Source of the DNA: an uncultured Gammaproteobacteria bacterium
GTDB taxonomy: Bacteria > Patescibacteriota > Microgenomatia > UBA12405
Length of the DNA: 64,000 nt
Assembly (NCBI GenBank): GCA_964448705.1
Contig: CAYUZS010000004.1
Span: 20,105-84,104 of the forward strand
Reading direction: 5' to 3'
Shown: in pieces, positions 40,264-50,310 of the stretch
How the letters are laid out: the number at the start of each line of letters is the position of its first letter
Position numbering within the stretch: position 1 is the first letter of the stretch
Made by a program: the position numbers and the translations under genes
The notes under the pieces: model-generated
What the model was told of the DNA's origin: nothing
What the model saw: the letters and a program-made list of their open reading frames with translations, nothing else
The model's database searches: none

Positions 40264-42033
40264 TTATTCGGTTATCGCCGTCTTTTCCTCACCGATTCCG
40301 CCTTCAGGCTTTAACTTTCCTTTTGCTTGTAATGTCCACAACATACTGTAAAGTCCATTCTTTTTTATTAATTCGTTGTGTTTTCCTATTTCAGCAACAG
40401 TTCCGTTGCTCAACACTACAATTTTATCTACCCCTCGGATCGTTGAAAATCTGTGAGCGATCAATATCACTGTTCTGTCTTTCGATACTTCCTCTAAAGC
40501 TGTTTGTATTTTCTTTTCTGATTCTGAATCCAGGTTGGATGTTGCTTCGTCAAAAATCAAAATTTTAGGATTGGCTAAAATACATCTCGCAATTGCCAGT
40601 CTTTGTTTTTGACCTCCAGAAAGTTTAATTCCTCTTTCTCCGACTTCAGTTTTCCATTTTTTTGGTAGTTTCTCAATAAACTCAAGAATATTGGCTCTTT
40701 CTGCAGCTGTTCTGATTTCATTCATCGAGGCCTTTTCTTTGCCGTATGCCAGATTATATTTAATTGTATTGTTAAACATTATTGGTTCTTGCGGTACCAC
40801 GCTGACCATAGATCTTAACAGACTTTTTTTGATTTTTTTAATATCTATTCCGTCAACTTTAATTACTCCCTGGCTTGGATCATAAAATCTCAGTAATAGT
40901 TTCACTAACGTGGTTTTTCCCGCTCCCGATCTTCCCACAAAGGCTACTCTCTCTCCCGGATTTATTGTCAGATTTATATCATCGACCACTTTTTGTTTGT
41001 TTTTTGGATAAACAAAACCAACTTTAATCAGTTCTATTTTTCCTCTGGGTGTCTCGATTTTTTTTGGCTCTGCCGGATCTTTAACTTTAATTTCATTGTC
41101 AAGTATTCCAAGATATTTTTCTAAATCTGTTACCGCCTTGGCTATATCTCTAATCCTAAAAAATAGGTTAAAAAACTGATAGTAAAAATTAGTCACAAAT
41201 CCTGAAACCATCACTAAATCTCCTAAAGAAAAGGTGTTTCCTAATTGCTTAACAGTCATGTACATAATGACTAATATTCCGCTTCCGGACACTGTTCCGA
41301 TGCTGATATCCATTAATCTGAAAGAGTTAGCGTAGCCCCAAAAAGCTTTAGACCATTCCTGGAATTTATTTGATAAACGTTTCTTTTCCTTATTTTCTGC
41401 CGCAAAAAATTTTACCGTTTCGTAATTGATCATAGTGTCAGAAATTATTCCTGCCACTTCATCATCTTTTTTGTTGAATTCTTTTCGGTATTTAAGATTT
41501 TTACTGATCAGCCACCAGATTAGTATTAAATTCGCAAAAAATAATCCTAATAAGGCTATTCCGATTGGTACAGATGCTCGGAAAAGAAAATATAGAGTCA
41601 CTGCCAATGCAATCACCACTCTAAATAATTCCTGAAATACACTTTGAAAAATAGTGAATACAGCACCGTCTCCTCGACGAAAAGCAGAGATTAAAGAACC
41701 GGTATTTTTGTTGACATGGTAGGCAAAGTCCAGCTCTAACACCTTATGAAACACTTTTTCTCTTATTTCCTTGGATAGGGGAATAATCACTTTGTCGCCC
41801 AGATAATAGCTAAGTGCTTCCACCATGTTCCCACCAACCAGCGATATCCCGAATATTACTAAATAAAACCAAACACTATCAAAGTTTCCGATCTGAGCAT
41901 TTTCTAGGATTCTTTTCATCCAATAAGGAGAAATTGTTGACATTACTACCGACACTGTACTTACCGCCAAAAATATCGCCATTTTCAGCTTGTATTTCTT
42001 TATGAATTTCAGAAACTTGGTAATCTCTTTCAT
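40264..42033 (-). CDS. ABC exporter, fused TMD-NBD (ATM1/MsbA-like)
   Basis: NYETVKFF, GRSGAGKT, LSGGQKQR, DEATS, AHR. Confidence 0.93.
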   Translation of the reverse strand: MKEITKFLKFIKKYKLKMAIFLAVSTVSVVMSTISPYWMKRILENAQIGNFDSVWFYLVIFGISLVGGNMVEALSYYLGDKVIIPLSKEIREKVFHKVLELDFAYHVNKNTGSLISAFRRGDGAVFTIFQSVFQELFRVVIALAVTLYFLFRASVPIGIALLGLFFANLILIWWLISKNLKYRKEFNKKDDEVAGIISDTMINYETVKFFAAENKEKKRLSNKFQEWSKAFWGYANSFRLMDISIGTVSGSGILVIMYMTVKQLGNTFSLGDLVMVSGFVTNFYYQFFNLFFRIRDIAKAVTDLEKYLGILDNEIKVKDPAEPKKIETPRGKIELIKVGFVYPKNKQKVVDDINLTINPGERVAFVGRSGAGKTTLVKLLLRFYDPSQGVIKVDGIDIKKIKKSLLRSMVSVVPQEPIMFNNTIKYNLAYGKEKASMNEIRTAAERANILEFIEKLPKKWKTEVGERGIKLSGGQKQRLAIARCILANPKILIFDEATSNLDSESEKKIQTALEEVSKDRTVILIAHRFSTIRGVDKIVVLSNGTVAEIGKHNELIKKNGLYSMLWTLQAKGKLKPEGGIGEEKTAITE

Positions 42034-42138
42034 TAGGGCTTAATTTTATCTTATTTTTTGAACTATTTGTGCACATAAATTCCTTATCTTCAGCCAATAG
42101 TTACCTTTTAATTTTTCCTCTCTCTGTTTTTATAAATA

Positions 42139-42993
42139 TTATTTATCTAAACCTTTTCTCAGCATCAAGTAAATCCGACCGTGATTCCTGGAAATTGTCA
42201 GTGTTGTTTCAAACTCTCCATTTTTCCATTTCATAATTCCGGTTTTTTCATCATAGGAATATTCCGGTTTATCTTTATATTCATTTTTATATTCTTCCTC
42301 AAGTGCCAAAAATTCATCAACATCATCTTTTCCGTCATCATTTTTATCCCCGCTATCTATTACAGAAAAATATTTAGTATATTCGACCTCACCATTCCTT
42401 TGGCTTAGCAAACCATATGATATTTCATGTTCAACTAAACTGGAATTAGTTTTGAAAAAATCAGGAAATTGACTAAAATATTTCTTTAAACTTTCGTCAC
42501 TGTAATTTGGTAGATAAACCTGTAAATATCCTGTATTTCCCGATTCATAATAGGAAGCAGTAACCTTATATTCTCCTATAGTTCCTTTAACCATTTCCGG
42601 ATTATCATATTCTTCTTTAATTTCGCTATCAAATAAATTCTTATAATAATTTAGGAAATTTTCTTGACTAGCGTTTGAATCAAAAACAATGTTGTAATAA
42701 GCAAAGTTTTTATCTCCAAAAGGTGAAGTATTTTTAGGATCGGTGTTTACAAAAATTTTACTCGAACTAATTTTTTTAAGTTCATACAAAGGAATCTTTT
42801 CTATCGGAAATCCTTCTAATAAATAAGTTGATTCTGTGTTTTTATCTAATGAATCAGATAGTTGTCCATTTTTTGATTTATCACCGGTAACTTTATTTAA
42901 TCCTTCCTTTAAAGGAACAGCAAAAATAATAGCCAGAACTAAAATCACAATAATAACCATCACTCTCTTTTTATTCATAAGAAATTTTATCAA
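42139..42993 (-). CDS. Hypothetical membrane-anchored protein
   Basis: N-terminal TM; DKNDDGKDD resembles a Ca-binding DxDxDG loop. Confidence 0.65.
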   Translation of the reverse strand: MIKFLMNKKRVMVIIVILVLAIIFAVPLKEGLNKVTGDKSKNGQLSDSLDKNTESTYLLEGFPIEKIPLYELKKISSSKIFVNTDPKNTSPFGDKNFAYYNIVFDSNASQENFLNYYKNLFDSEIKEEYDNPEMVKGTIGEYKVTASYYESGNTGYLQVYLPNYSDESLKKYFSQFPDFFKTNSSLVEHEISYGLLSQRNGEVEYTKYFSVIDSGDKNDDGKDDVDEFLALEEEYKNEYKDKPEYSYDEKTGIMKWKNGEFETTLTISRNHGRIYLMLRKGLDK

Positions 42994-43042
42994 ATCATTC
43001 AGGTATCACGTGAAGTACTCTATATACGAATCAGTAGAAAAT

Positions 43043-43119
43043 TAGCGGCGAACCATTGATTTGTAGTGAGTTCATCAAACTATGCAGTTAGAACTTATTA
43101 TATGAATCAAAGTTATAAT
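43043..43119 (+). repeat. Island repeat family B, copy 1
   Basis: agcggcgaaccattga...cagttagaac...tataat; homologous to copies at 51291 and 52342. Confidence 0.8.
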
Positions 43120-43140
43120 CTCGCTGCAACAAATTAAATT

Positions 43141-43827
43141 TTATTTGTTGGCGACAACTTCTATAACATGATCCTCCCGGGGAGAAATTTCTCTCCGCAT
43201 AAAATCCTTGTATAGTCTTTCTTGATATTCAGTAATTTCATCCACTTTCAAGCCTGCTTTTTTTAGATGTTCACGTATCGTAAATGGTGTGTGGAAATAT
43301 CTTGAACCAGTTCCTTCAATTGTACCGTCGGCTCTTCTATAAGAAACAGTTGTCAACCTTGTTTCAGGATCGTAGCTATTATTTGGGTCGTTCTTATTAA
43401 TATTTTTTTCTGACCTGACCACAATAAAAATTTTGCCATTTGGTTTGAGTGATTTATTAAACCCTGCTAAAACCACATCCAAATCTTTGGCTGATAAATA
43501 ATGAAGCACAAGTCTAGCGTAAATAAAATCAAAATAATTAGCAGGATAATTCCATTCACTCTTCAGATCTTCATCTTTTGTTTCAATTTGATTTTCAAGC
43601 CCTACTTGTCGGATTACTTCTCTAGCAAACTCCAACCCTTTTTTATCAATCGTGGTGGCAATTATTTTTCTATTTGGATTTGCTCTTGCCATTCTAATTT
43701 CAGCAAAGCCAGCAGTACTAATTCCTGGACTAAAAACCATCAAATCAGTATCTCTTATCCGTGCTAATCCTCGTTCCTCGCTGGTTGAAGGTTTTGCGCC
43801 TAATTCGTCAAGAATTTCGATTTTCAC
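43141..43827 (-). CDS. Class I SAM-dependent methyltransferase
   Basis: FDFIYARLVLHY, LKPNG; likely GTG start at 43827, 6 nt after TATAAT. Confidence 0.8.
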   Translation of the reverse strand: MKIEILDELGAKPSTSEERGLARIRDTDLMVFSPGISTAGFAEIRMARANPNRKIIATTIDKKGLEFAREVIRQVGLENQIETKDEDLKSEWNYPANYFDFIYARLVLHYLSAKDLDVVLAGFNKSLKPNGKIFIVVRSEKNINKNDPNNSYDPETRLTTVSYRRADGTIEGTGSRYFHTPFTIREHLKKAGLKVDEITEYQERLYKDFMRREISPREDHVIEVVANK

Positions 43828-43872
43828 ATGACAATTATACTTCACTTTATTTGACAGAATCAAGAAAAACTA

Positions 43873-43913
43873 AATTGTCACGTTAACGAGCGAAGCAGGT
43901 AAGTCAGGAACCT
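43873..43913 (+). repeat. Island repeat family A, copy 1
   Basis: aattgtcacgttaacgagcgaagcaggtaagtcaggaacct; 37/41 identical to 51764-51804. Confidence 0.85.
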
Positions 43914-43944
43914 TTTGTCCGGACAACGTTATCGATTTACTGTT

Positions 43945-44424
43945 TTAGTTAACCACTTCAAGTTTCTTGGGAATTATGTCAAGTTTGTCGACATTAGGAA
44001 CTGTTTTTGTTCTCATCATTTCTACAATTAACTCCCGATATTCGGTTAACAGGATTCTTGTACCTGGAGTAAGGTTAAGTTTTACTGCCTCATCGATGGT
44101 AAACCAACCAATTTCTTGGCCTTCACCTGGTCCTAAAACAAATTTTGATTCCTCATTCTTATCGACAAAAACTACATATATCCAAACATTTTCGCCTAGT
44201 GAACCCTTAGTTTTTGTTATTAATTTAAAATCCTTTAGTTCGTAACTTACTTCTTCTTTAACTTCTCTAATCAAACCTTGTTCCGGAGTCTCACCTTCCT
44301 CAATACCACCCCCAACTAATTGCCAACAGTCCGGTGAACGAATAATTGGAATATTATCCCGGTGAAATAACAACGTTTTATTGGGACTCAGGATAATGAT
44401 TTTGGCACCGTCTTTAGATTTCAT
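43945..44424 (-). CDS. NUDIX hydrolase
   Basis: GGGIEEGETPEQGLIREVKEEV Nudix box. Confidence 0.9.
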   Translation of the reverse strand: MKSKDGAKIIILSPNKTLLFHRDNIPIIRSPDCWQLVGGGIEEGETPEQGLIREVKEEVSYELKDFKLITKTKGSLGENVWIYVVFVDKNEESKFVLGPGEGQEIGWFTIDEAVKLNLTPGTRILLTEYRELIVEMMRTKTVPNVDKLDIIPKKLEVVN

Positions 44425-44517
44425 ATTTCTTCCTCTTAACAATTAATTCATCCCACAAGCATTCGTTCACCTTCAATTTTAACATTACTATAGACTATTA
44501 TTTCATTAACACCACCC

Positions 44518-44619
44518 GAGTGGAGTAGGTGAGTCTGGAACTTTTATATCTTTATAGCCCTATATCTTATTATACCTTCCTTTGTAGCTAAATTAGACAA
44601 ATAAGACATTATAAAAAAG
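44518..44619 (+). repeat. Island repeat family A with long tail, degenerate copy
   Basis: gagtaggtgagtctggaac...agctaaattagacaaataagacattataaaaaag; matches the 52748 and 58931 copies. Confidence 0.8.
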
Positions 44620-44670
44620 AGTCTCTAAGATAACGATATTGAGTGAACAATATGATATCTCAATAATTTT

Positions 44671-45141
44671 CTATATTATTTCAAACTCTTCCAATAACTT
44701 CTTCATCTTCTCTATCTGTTTGGGAAATATAAGATAAGTAGGGAGGTCTTTTGGATAAACCCATTTAATTGCTCTAATTTCATCTTCTTGGATACCTAAT
44801 TCACTTTCTTTGCCTGTAAATTTAACAAAAAATTGTTTTCTCTCTTGTCCTCGAAATACCGGCTTGTTGTCTTTAATCTTTTGATTTATTAATTCATCCG
44901 ACCATTCATAGCAGTCTCTTAATTCACTGGCTTTGATCACTTCAAATTTATCAATTCCCAACTCTTCACTTAATTCTCTGATAACTGCTACCTCCGGTTT
45001 TTCACCTTCTTCAATCCCTCCACCGGGAATATCCCATTCATTATCTTTATAGCTACATTTTTGGACTATCAAAATCCGCCCAGGCTTATCCATTATTACA
45101 GCACTAGTACTTTGTCTGTAAGTTAAGTTATCACGGTTCAT
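44671..45141 (-). CDS. NUDIX hydrolase (RppH-like)
   Basis: PGGGIEEGE....AVIRELSEELG, FRGQ. Confidence 0.9.
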   Translation of the reverse strand: MNRDNLTYRQSTSAVIMDKPGRILIVQKCSYKDNEWDIPGGGIEEGEKPEVAVIRELSEELGIDKFEVIKASELRDCYEWSDELINQKIKDNKPVFRGQERKQFFVKFTGKESELGIQEDEIRAIKWVYPKDLPTYLIFPKQIEKMKKLLEEFEII

Positions 45142-45614
45142 TTTGATTTCAAACTATTGTCAAAAGTCTGTATCCAACCATCCCATTTTTCATTATTCAT
45201 CTCTACTTCTTCAAAATTGTTGTCAGTAAACTTTGAAATGAAATTCAACCAAAACATATGAGCATTCGGATTTTCTCTAATCTGCCTATTCTCCCATTTT
45301 CCAGGGAATTGGTTAAATACTAATTTGGCTGCCTCTGACCCGATTCCGTTATTCCGAAATTCTTTTTTAACATAAAACTCGGAAATGGTATTTCCTTCCG
45401 TTAAAATCAGTAGGTATGAGTTTATTAAGGCAAACCCAGCAATCTTCCCATCGACTTTTATAAAATATGGATACCTATTTGGTTTTTCCCAATAAGAATC
45501 TAGGTACTTATACTCTTCCGCTTTGTCACCAATAATCTCTCTTTCATAGTCCCAAAGCATATCCCTTAGAATATTTTTATCTTTAATATCAATTTGTTCT
45601 AAATTGACTTCCAT
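45138..45614 (-). CDS. GNAT acetyltransferase
   Basis: ISEFYV..EFR..GIG, N..A..FW. Confidence 0.9.
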   Translation of the reverse strand: MEVNLEQIDIKDKNILRDMLWDYEREIIGDKAEEYKYLDSYWEKPNRYPYFIKVDGKIAGFALINSYLLILTEGNTISEFYVKKEFRNNGIGSEAAKLVFNQFPGKWENRQIRENPNAHMFWLNFISKFTDNNFEEVEMNNEKWDGWIQTFDNSLKSK

Positions 45615-45673
45615 AAATAATTATAGCCCAAATATTGGTATATAATTATTCAGAATTATCCGAAGAATACTTC

Positions 45674-46192
45674 ATGATCAACCAATCTATTTTAACCACC
45701 ATAAACTGGCATGGCAATAAAGTCACCTACACCTGGATCCCTACTACTAAAATTAAAAAGTACCAACCCATCCGAAACGTGATTGGTCTTTGTCTAAACG
45801 ATAATCAAGAAGTTCTAATTTGCCGTGAAACTGAAGAAGAAGGTTGGAAGTTACCCGGAGGTCGCCCTGAAGATAATGAAACTCCAATTGAGACATTAAA
45901 ACGGGAGTTAATGGAGGAAGCTGATATTGAAGTAAACAATATAAAAGCTATCGGAACCCAACGTGTCGATTTTCCTAATAATCCAAAACAATCAGAAGGT
46001 GATTTGTTCTACCAAGTACGATATTTTTGTAAAATAGAAAAGATGTTTCCTCAAACTGTAGATCCTGATACTGGAGTGCTTTACGATCGAAAATTTGTGC
46101 CTCTTAGACAGTTGAACAACTACCTAAAGTGGGGAAAAATCGGAGATGCCATAATCAATAAAGTATTAGTAATTGAAAATATAAATGACTAA
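45674..46192 (+). CDS. NUDIX hydrolase
   Basis: LPGGRPEDNETPIETLKRELMEEA. Confidence 0.9.
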   Translation: MINQSILTTINWHGNKVTYTWIPTTKIKKYQPIRNVIGLCLNDNQEVLICRETEEEGWKLPGGRPEDNETPIETLKRELMEEADIEVNNIKAIGTQRVDFPNNPKQSEGDLFYQVRYFCKIEKMFPQTVDPDTGVLYDRKFVPLRQLNNYLKWGKIGDAIINKVLVIENIND

Positions 46193-46721
46193 TAAAACCC
46201 GAGACTGGCAAGAACTCTCCCGGGAAGAAGCTTTTAGAAAATATTCCCGTAAAATTGAGAAAGTAATTTTCAAACTACCCAACGGTAAAGAAACAGATTT
46301 TTACATTAAAAAAGAAGGTCCAACTGCTAGTGTTTTAGCCTTAACATCCGATAATCAAATAATTATTGCCAAGCAATATCGCCCTGGACCAAAAAAAATC
46401 CTGATGGAACTCCCGGGTGGTTTTGTTGACCCAAACGAAGCACCTGAAGTAACCATAAAACGTGAGTTACTGGAAGAAACTGGTTATGAAGGTGATATAA
46501 AGCTAGTTACCACCTGTCTTGATGATGCCTACTCTACGATGGAAAGATATTGTTTTGTTGCTACTAATTGTAAAAAAGTCAAAGAAATTGAGAATGGAGA
46601 GGACGAATTTACCGAGTTAGTTTTAGTTTCACTTAAAGAGTTTAAACAAATTCTTCGAAGTGGCCAAATGACCGATGTGGAAGTCGGATTCTTAGGGTTA
46701 GATTATTTAGGACTACTTTAA
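46185..46721 (+). CDS. NUDIX hydrolase (ADP-ribose pyrophosphatase-like)
   Basis: QYRP, ELPGG.VDPNE....RELLEETGY. Confidence 0.9.
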   Translation: MTNKTRDWQELSREEAFRKYSRKIEKVIFKLPNGKETDFYIKKEGPTASVLALTSDNQIIIAKQYRPGPKKILMELPGGFVDPNEAPEVTIKRELLEETGYEGDIKLVTTCLDDAYSTMERYCFVATNCKKVKEIENGEDEFTELVLVSLKEFKQILRSGQMTDVEVGFLGLDYLGLL

Positions 46722-47207
46722 ATGAGTCACCAAAGATTAATTATTCTCATGGGCTTGCCGGGTTCGGGCAAATCATACGTCGCGTCACATCTCCAACAAA
46801 AATATGGTTTTATTACATTGTCCGGTGAGGACATTGCTACCAAGTTATTTGGAACTGAAAAACTGTCTGGTCAACAATATGCTCAAGTTTATAAAACAGT
46901 CCGGCAAAAAGCTTCTGAACTACTACAACAGGGATCTTCTGTGATAATTGATGGTACAAATCTCAAGAAACAATTTCGTCAACAAATTTATGACGAAGTT
47001 AAATGCGACCAAACAATTTTGATATATCTCAAAACCGACGATAATGTCGCTATGGATCGAATTTCAAAAAGAAAAAATTCTTGTTCCTCTGAAACATATC
47101 AAGCATTTAAGAACCAGATAGAGGAACCATTTCCGAAAGAAAATGCATTTATTTTGATCTCAGACAACCAGTTATTAGACAACATTGACAAAATAATAAA
47201 TGGATAA
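46722..47207 (+). CDS. AAA_33-type P-loop kinase
   Basis: GLPGSGKS, VIIDGTN....R. Confidence 0.88.
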   Translation: MSHQRLIILMGLPGSGKSYVASHLQQKYGFITLSGEDIATKLFGTEKLSGQQYAQVYKTVRQKASELLQQGSSVIIDGTNLKKQFRQQIYDEVKCDQTILIYLKTDDNVAMDRISKRKNSCSSETYQAFKNQIEEPFPKENAFILISDNQLLDNIDKIING

Positions 47208-47523
47208 GAATTTATTAGATAAATTAATTACCGAGTACAAACAACTCTTCGAAAACGTTTGGGAATTTGGAGGTGGTTATGGTTTTCGCTTTCATCATGG
47301 GGTTCGGGTTATGAAATATTGTCAAAAAATTGCTATGCTTCCCAGATTTAAAGACGAAAACATAAGTATTGAGGCTTTGCTAATTGCTGCCCTTTTCCAC
47401 GATATTGGTAAAATCGAAGCAATCGATAAAAATGGTCAATTAGTTTATGGTAATTATGGTGGTATTAGTCATGATGCTTTGGGAGCCAAAATCGCACCTA
47501 AATATTTTTGTTTAAAATACTAG
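47200..47523 (+). pseudogene. HD-domain phosphohydrolase, C-terminally truncated
   Basis: H..RV, AALFHDIGK, H...GA are present but the ORF stops before the distal H/D motifs, at the edge of a lower-GC block. Confidence 0.65.
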
Positions 47524-47626
47524 TTGACTTCGTGTTTTCTTCGGTTATTATTATAAATAATAAAGCAAATAAAATAAATATCTCCTTGACCCATCAAGAT
47601 ATTAACAATATACTGACTATATTAAT

Positions 47627-48400
47627 ATGAAATTAAATATTATTTATAATAAATCTTCTGAAAAAATGACTGAAATAGAAGATAAAACTATCCAACTTGT
47701 GGTTACTTCTCCACCATATAACATAGACATCAAATATGGAAACAAATGGAAGGGGAGAAAAATAATTTCGTCTAAAGGTGATAAATATAAAGATAATATT
47801 TCTGAGGAGAACTATAGGAAAATGTTGAAAAAGGTTTTTGAAGAATCAAAGAGAGTTCTTAAAGATAATGGTTCAATCTTTCTGAATATGAAAACCAGAT
47901 ATGATGGAGACCAATTAATACCACCATTTTGGGTATTAGATTATTTTAAAGATATGTTTTTAAAAAATATCATCATTTGGAATTTTGACTGGGGTGGCTC
48001 AACTGAAAAAAGGTTTTCCTCAAGATACGAGTTTGTTTTTTTCTTTACAAAAAACAAAAAAAACTGGACCTTTAATTTGAATGATATTAAAATTCCTAGT
48101 TTAAATTATCGTCCAGACAGATATAAAACCCAACTAAAAAACCCAACTGATGTTTGGAAAATTCCACTAGTTAGTGGTAACTCTCTAGAGAGAACATCAC
48201 ACCCAGCACAATATCCAGAAAAACTAATTGAGAGAATTATTAAAGTATCAACAAACGCAGGTGATATTGTCTTAGATCCCTTTATTGGAAGTGGCACTAC
48301 AGCCGTGGTTGCTAAAAAATTGAAAAGACATTATTTAGGCTATGATACATCTTTAGATTACATTAATATTGCAAAAAATAGATTAAAGAATGAGTTTTAA
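47627..48400 (+). CDS. DNA methyltransferase (N4-C/N6-A, beta-class motif order)
   Basis: TSPPY near the N-terminus, HPAQYP, VLDPFIGSGTT. Confidence 0.93.
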   Translation: MKLNIIYNKSSEKMTEIEDKTIQLVVTSPPYNIDIKYGNKWKGRKIISSKGDKYKDNISEENYRKMLKKVFEESKRVLKDNGSIFLNMKTRYDGDQLIPPFWVLDYFKDMFLKNIIIWNFDWGGSTEKRFSSRYEFVFFFTKNKKNWTFNLNDIKIPSLNYRPDRYKTQLKNPTDVWKIPLVSGNSLERTSHPAQYPEKLIERIIKVSTNAGDIVLDPFIGSGTTAVVAKKLKRHYLGYDTSLDYINIAKNRLKNEF

Positions 48401-48424
48401 TATAAAGTTATATAAATAATTAAT

Positions 48425-49204
48425 ATGCAAAAATATTACTTTGGCGATTGTAGAGATTTGATAAAAAATATTAAAGATAATTCTATAAATTTAGTGGTTA
48501 CATCTCCTCCTTATAATCTTCGTAAAAAATATGGTAAATATAGCGATGATGTAACTATAGAAGAATGGAAAAAATTAATATTTGAGACTACCAAGGAAGT
48601 AGTCAGAGTTTTGGCTCCAAATGGTAGTTTTTTTATAAATATATCCCCCATCCCTCAAAAAAAAACAAAAGAAATTATTCCATTAGACGCCCTTGCTTAT
48701 TCTATTGGGAAAGAGTGTGGATTATATCTTAGAAATTCTATTATATGGACTTTTAATAATATGCAAAATTGTTCAAACAGACTGAGTGGCAGATGGGAAA
48801 GTATTCTTTGGTTTGTTAAAGATATTAATAATTATGTTTTTAATTTAGATAAAGTGAGAGTTCCTTATATAACAAAAGGAGATAAAAGACTTGATCCAAA
48901 TGGAGGTAGAAACCCAACAGATGTTTGGTATTTTGATCGTGTAAATAATATGACTAAGAAAAAATTGGGGATAACGGATGCACCTTGTGTTTATCCAGTA
49001 CCAATGATAGAAAGAATATTAAAAATGTCTACAAAAGAAGGGGATAAAGTGTTAGATCCATTTTTAGGTAGCGGAACTACATTGGTGGCATGTTCTCGAT
49101 TAAAAAGAAATGGAATTGGTTTTGAATTAGATGAAAAATTCAAAACCATTATAGAAAAAAGGCTTAAAACCGAAACTGTTGTTCAATCTAGAATTGATTA
49201 TTAA
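48425..49204 (+). CDS. Second DNA methyltransferase (beta class)
   Basis: TSPPY, NPTDVW, VLDPFLGSGTT. Confidence 0.93.
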   Translation: MQKYYFGDCRDLIKNIKDNSINLVVTSPPYNLRKKYGKYSDDVTIEEWKKLIFETTKEVVRVLAPNGSFFINISPIPQKKTKEIIPLDALAYSIGKECGLYLRNSIIWTFNNMQNCSNRLSGRWESILWFVKDINNYVFNLDKVRVPYITKGDKRLDPNGGRNPTDVWYFDRVNNMTKKKLGITDAPCVYPVPMIERILKMSTKEGDKVLDPFLGSGTTLVACSRLKRNGIGFELDEKFKTIIEKRLKTETVVQSRIDY

Positions 49205-50310
49205 ATAGCATTAACACGAAAAACGTCATGGTTATGAAAAGATAATTGTGCCCTTGCGTTATAGGTTTCCTTACTAGAATTACCACTTTGGTGCAAAAGA
49301 ATATTATTAAGAATAATTTCCATTTCAGAAACTGAAAATATTGGTGTCGAATATTTTTTATGTAAATTAAGTATTTGAATAATTGTGTCTGGTTTAATTC
49401 GGTGAAGTTTTTTTTCAATATAATCAAAATAGCCGGATTGTGCGGTACCTTTTGTATTTCCGTCTATAGATCTGTTCATTGGTGTTGAATTGTCAACAGA
49501 AATATTTTCTCCGTTGTATATTTTTTTAATAAAATTACTATTTTTAATACCACCACATCCTAAGAAATGTATAAAATCGAGAGATTTAAATGGTATTGAA
49601 TTGTTTAACTGTTTAACTGTTTGTTCAATAGATTTGCCTTCTCTAGTTAATCCACCGACTGCAATTTTATTTGGAATATATTTTAATAAACCAAGAAATT
49701 TTTTAATCTGTTGAGGTGACCATGATCCATTTATTGTTGTTGCTATGTGTCTTTGGTCATTACTTAAAAGTAAATAAAGTTTATTTGCATATATCGCATT
49801 GCGTTCAATTAAAACATCTTGATGTGTACCATTAAAAATACCTGTTTCAGTTTTTTCTGATTGTGTTCTTATTTTGAATGGATTAGGAATGTCAAAAGAA
49901 ACTGCTATATCAATTTTTGATGTTATTATGACTTTTGCATATTTTTCTAAAATTTTTTCACTATCTACAAGATTATTAAACTCATTAATAATCCCTCCTG
50001 GATCAGATGTTTTGTTATGTACTATGTAGTTTACTATTTTAGAAGTTCCAGAATCCAAAAATAATTTTGTCTCTGATAAAACAGAATCATCAGAAACATT
50101 ATTTGCTAGCCATGATCTCATATTAGTTGTGTTTGACCATATTGATGTTTTAATTAAACTATTGATTGATGCGTGATTAAAAAATAAATCCCCAAATTTT
50201 AGTAAAACTTTATTTTTTAAGACCATTGGCATTTTGTTTTTCCAAATTCTTTTTACCCCATTCCAATCCCCGGCTCCACCACCAGCACTGTAAATATAAT
50301 AATAATTCAT
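49201..50310 (-). CDS. tRNA-guanine transglycosylase / DpdA-fold protein
   Basis: Motifs in TGT order: LFLDSG, SFDIP, IAVGGL, IHFLG, SVDNS, HN. Confidence 0.65.
   Translation of the reverse strand: MNYYYIYSAGGGAGDWNGVKRIWKNKMPMVLKNKVLLKFGDLFFNHASINSLIKTSIWSNTTNMRSWLANNVSDDSVLSETKLFLDSGTSKIVNYIVHNKTSDPGGIINEFNNLVDSEKILEKYAKVIITSKIDIAVSFDIPNPFKIRTQSEKTETGIFNGTHQDVLIERNAIYANKLYLLLSNDQRHIATTINGSWSPQQIKKFLGLLKYIPNKIAVGGLTREGKSIEQTVKQLNNSIPFKSLDFIHFLGCGGIKNSNFIKKIYNGENISVDNSTPMNRSIDGNTKGTAQSGYFDYIEKKLHRIKPDTIIQILNLHKKYSTPIFSVSEMEIILNNILLHQSGNSSKETYNARAQLSFHNHDVFRVNAI

Noticed and set aside
49201-50310. Housekeeping queuine tRNA-ribosyltransferase (tgt)
   Set aside because: Lacks the TPxFMPVGT start and the zinc-binding CxCxxC; it is divergent and sits in an R-M context
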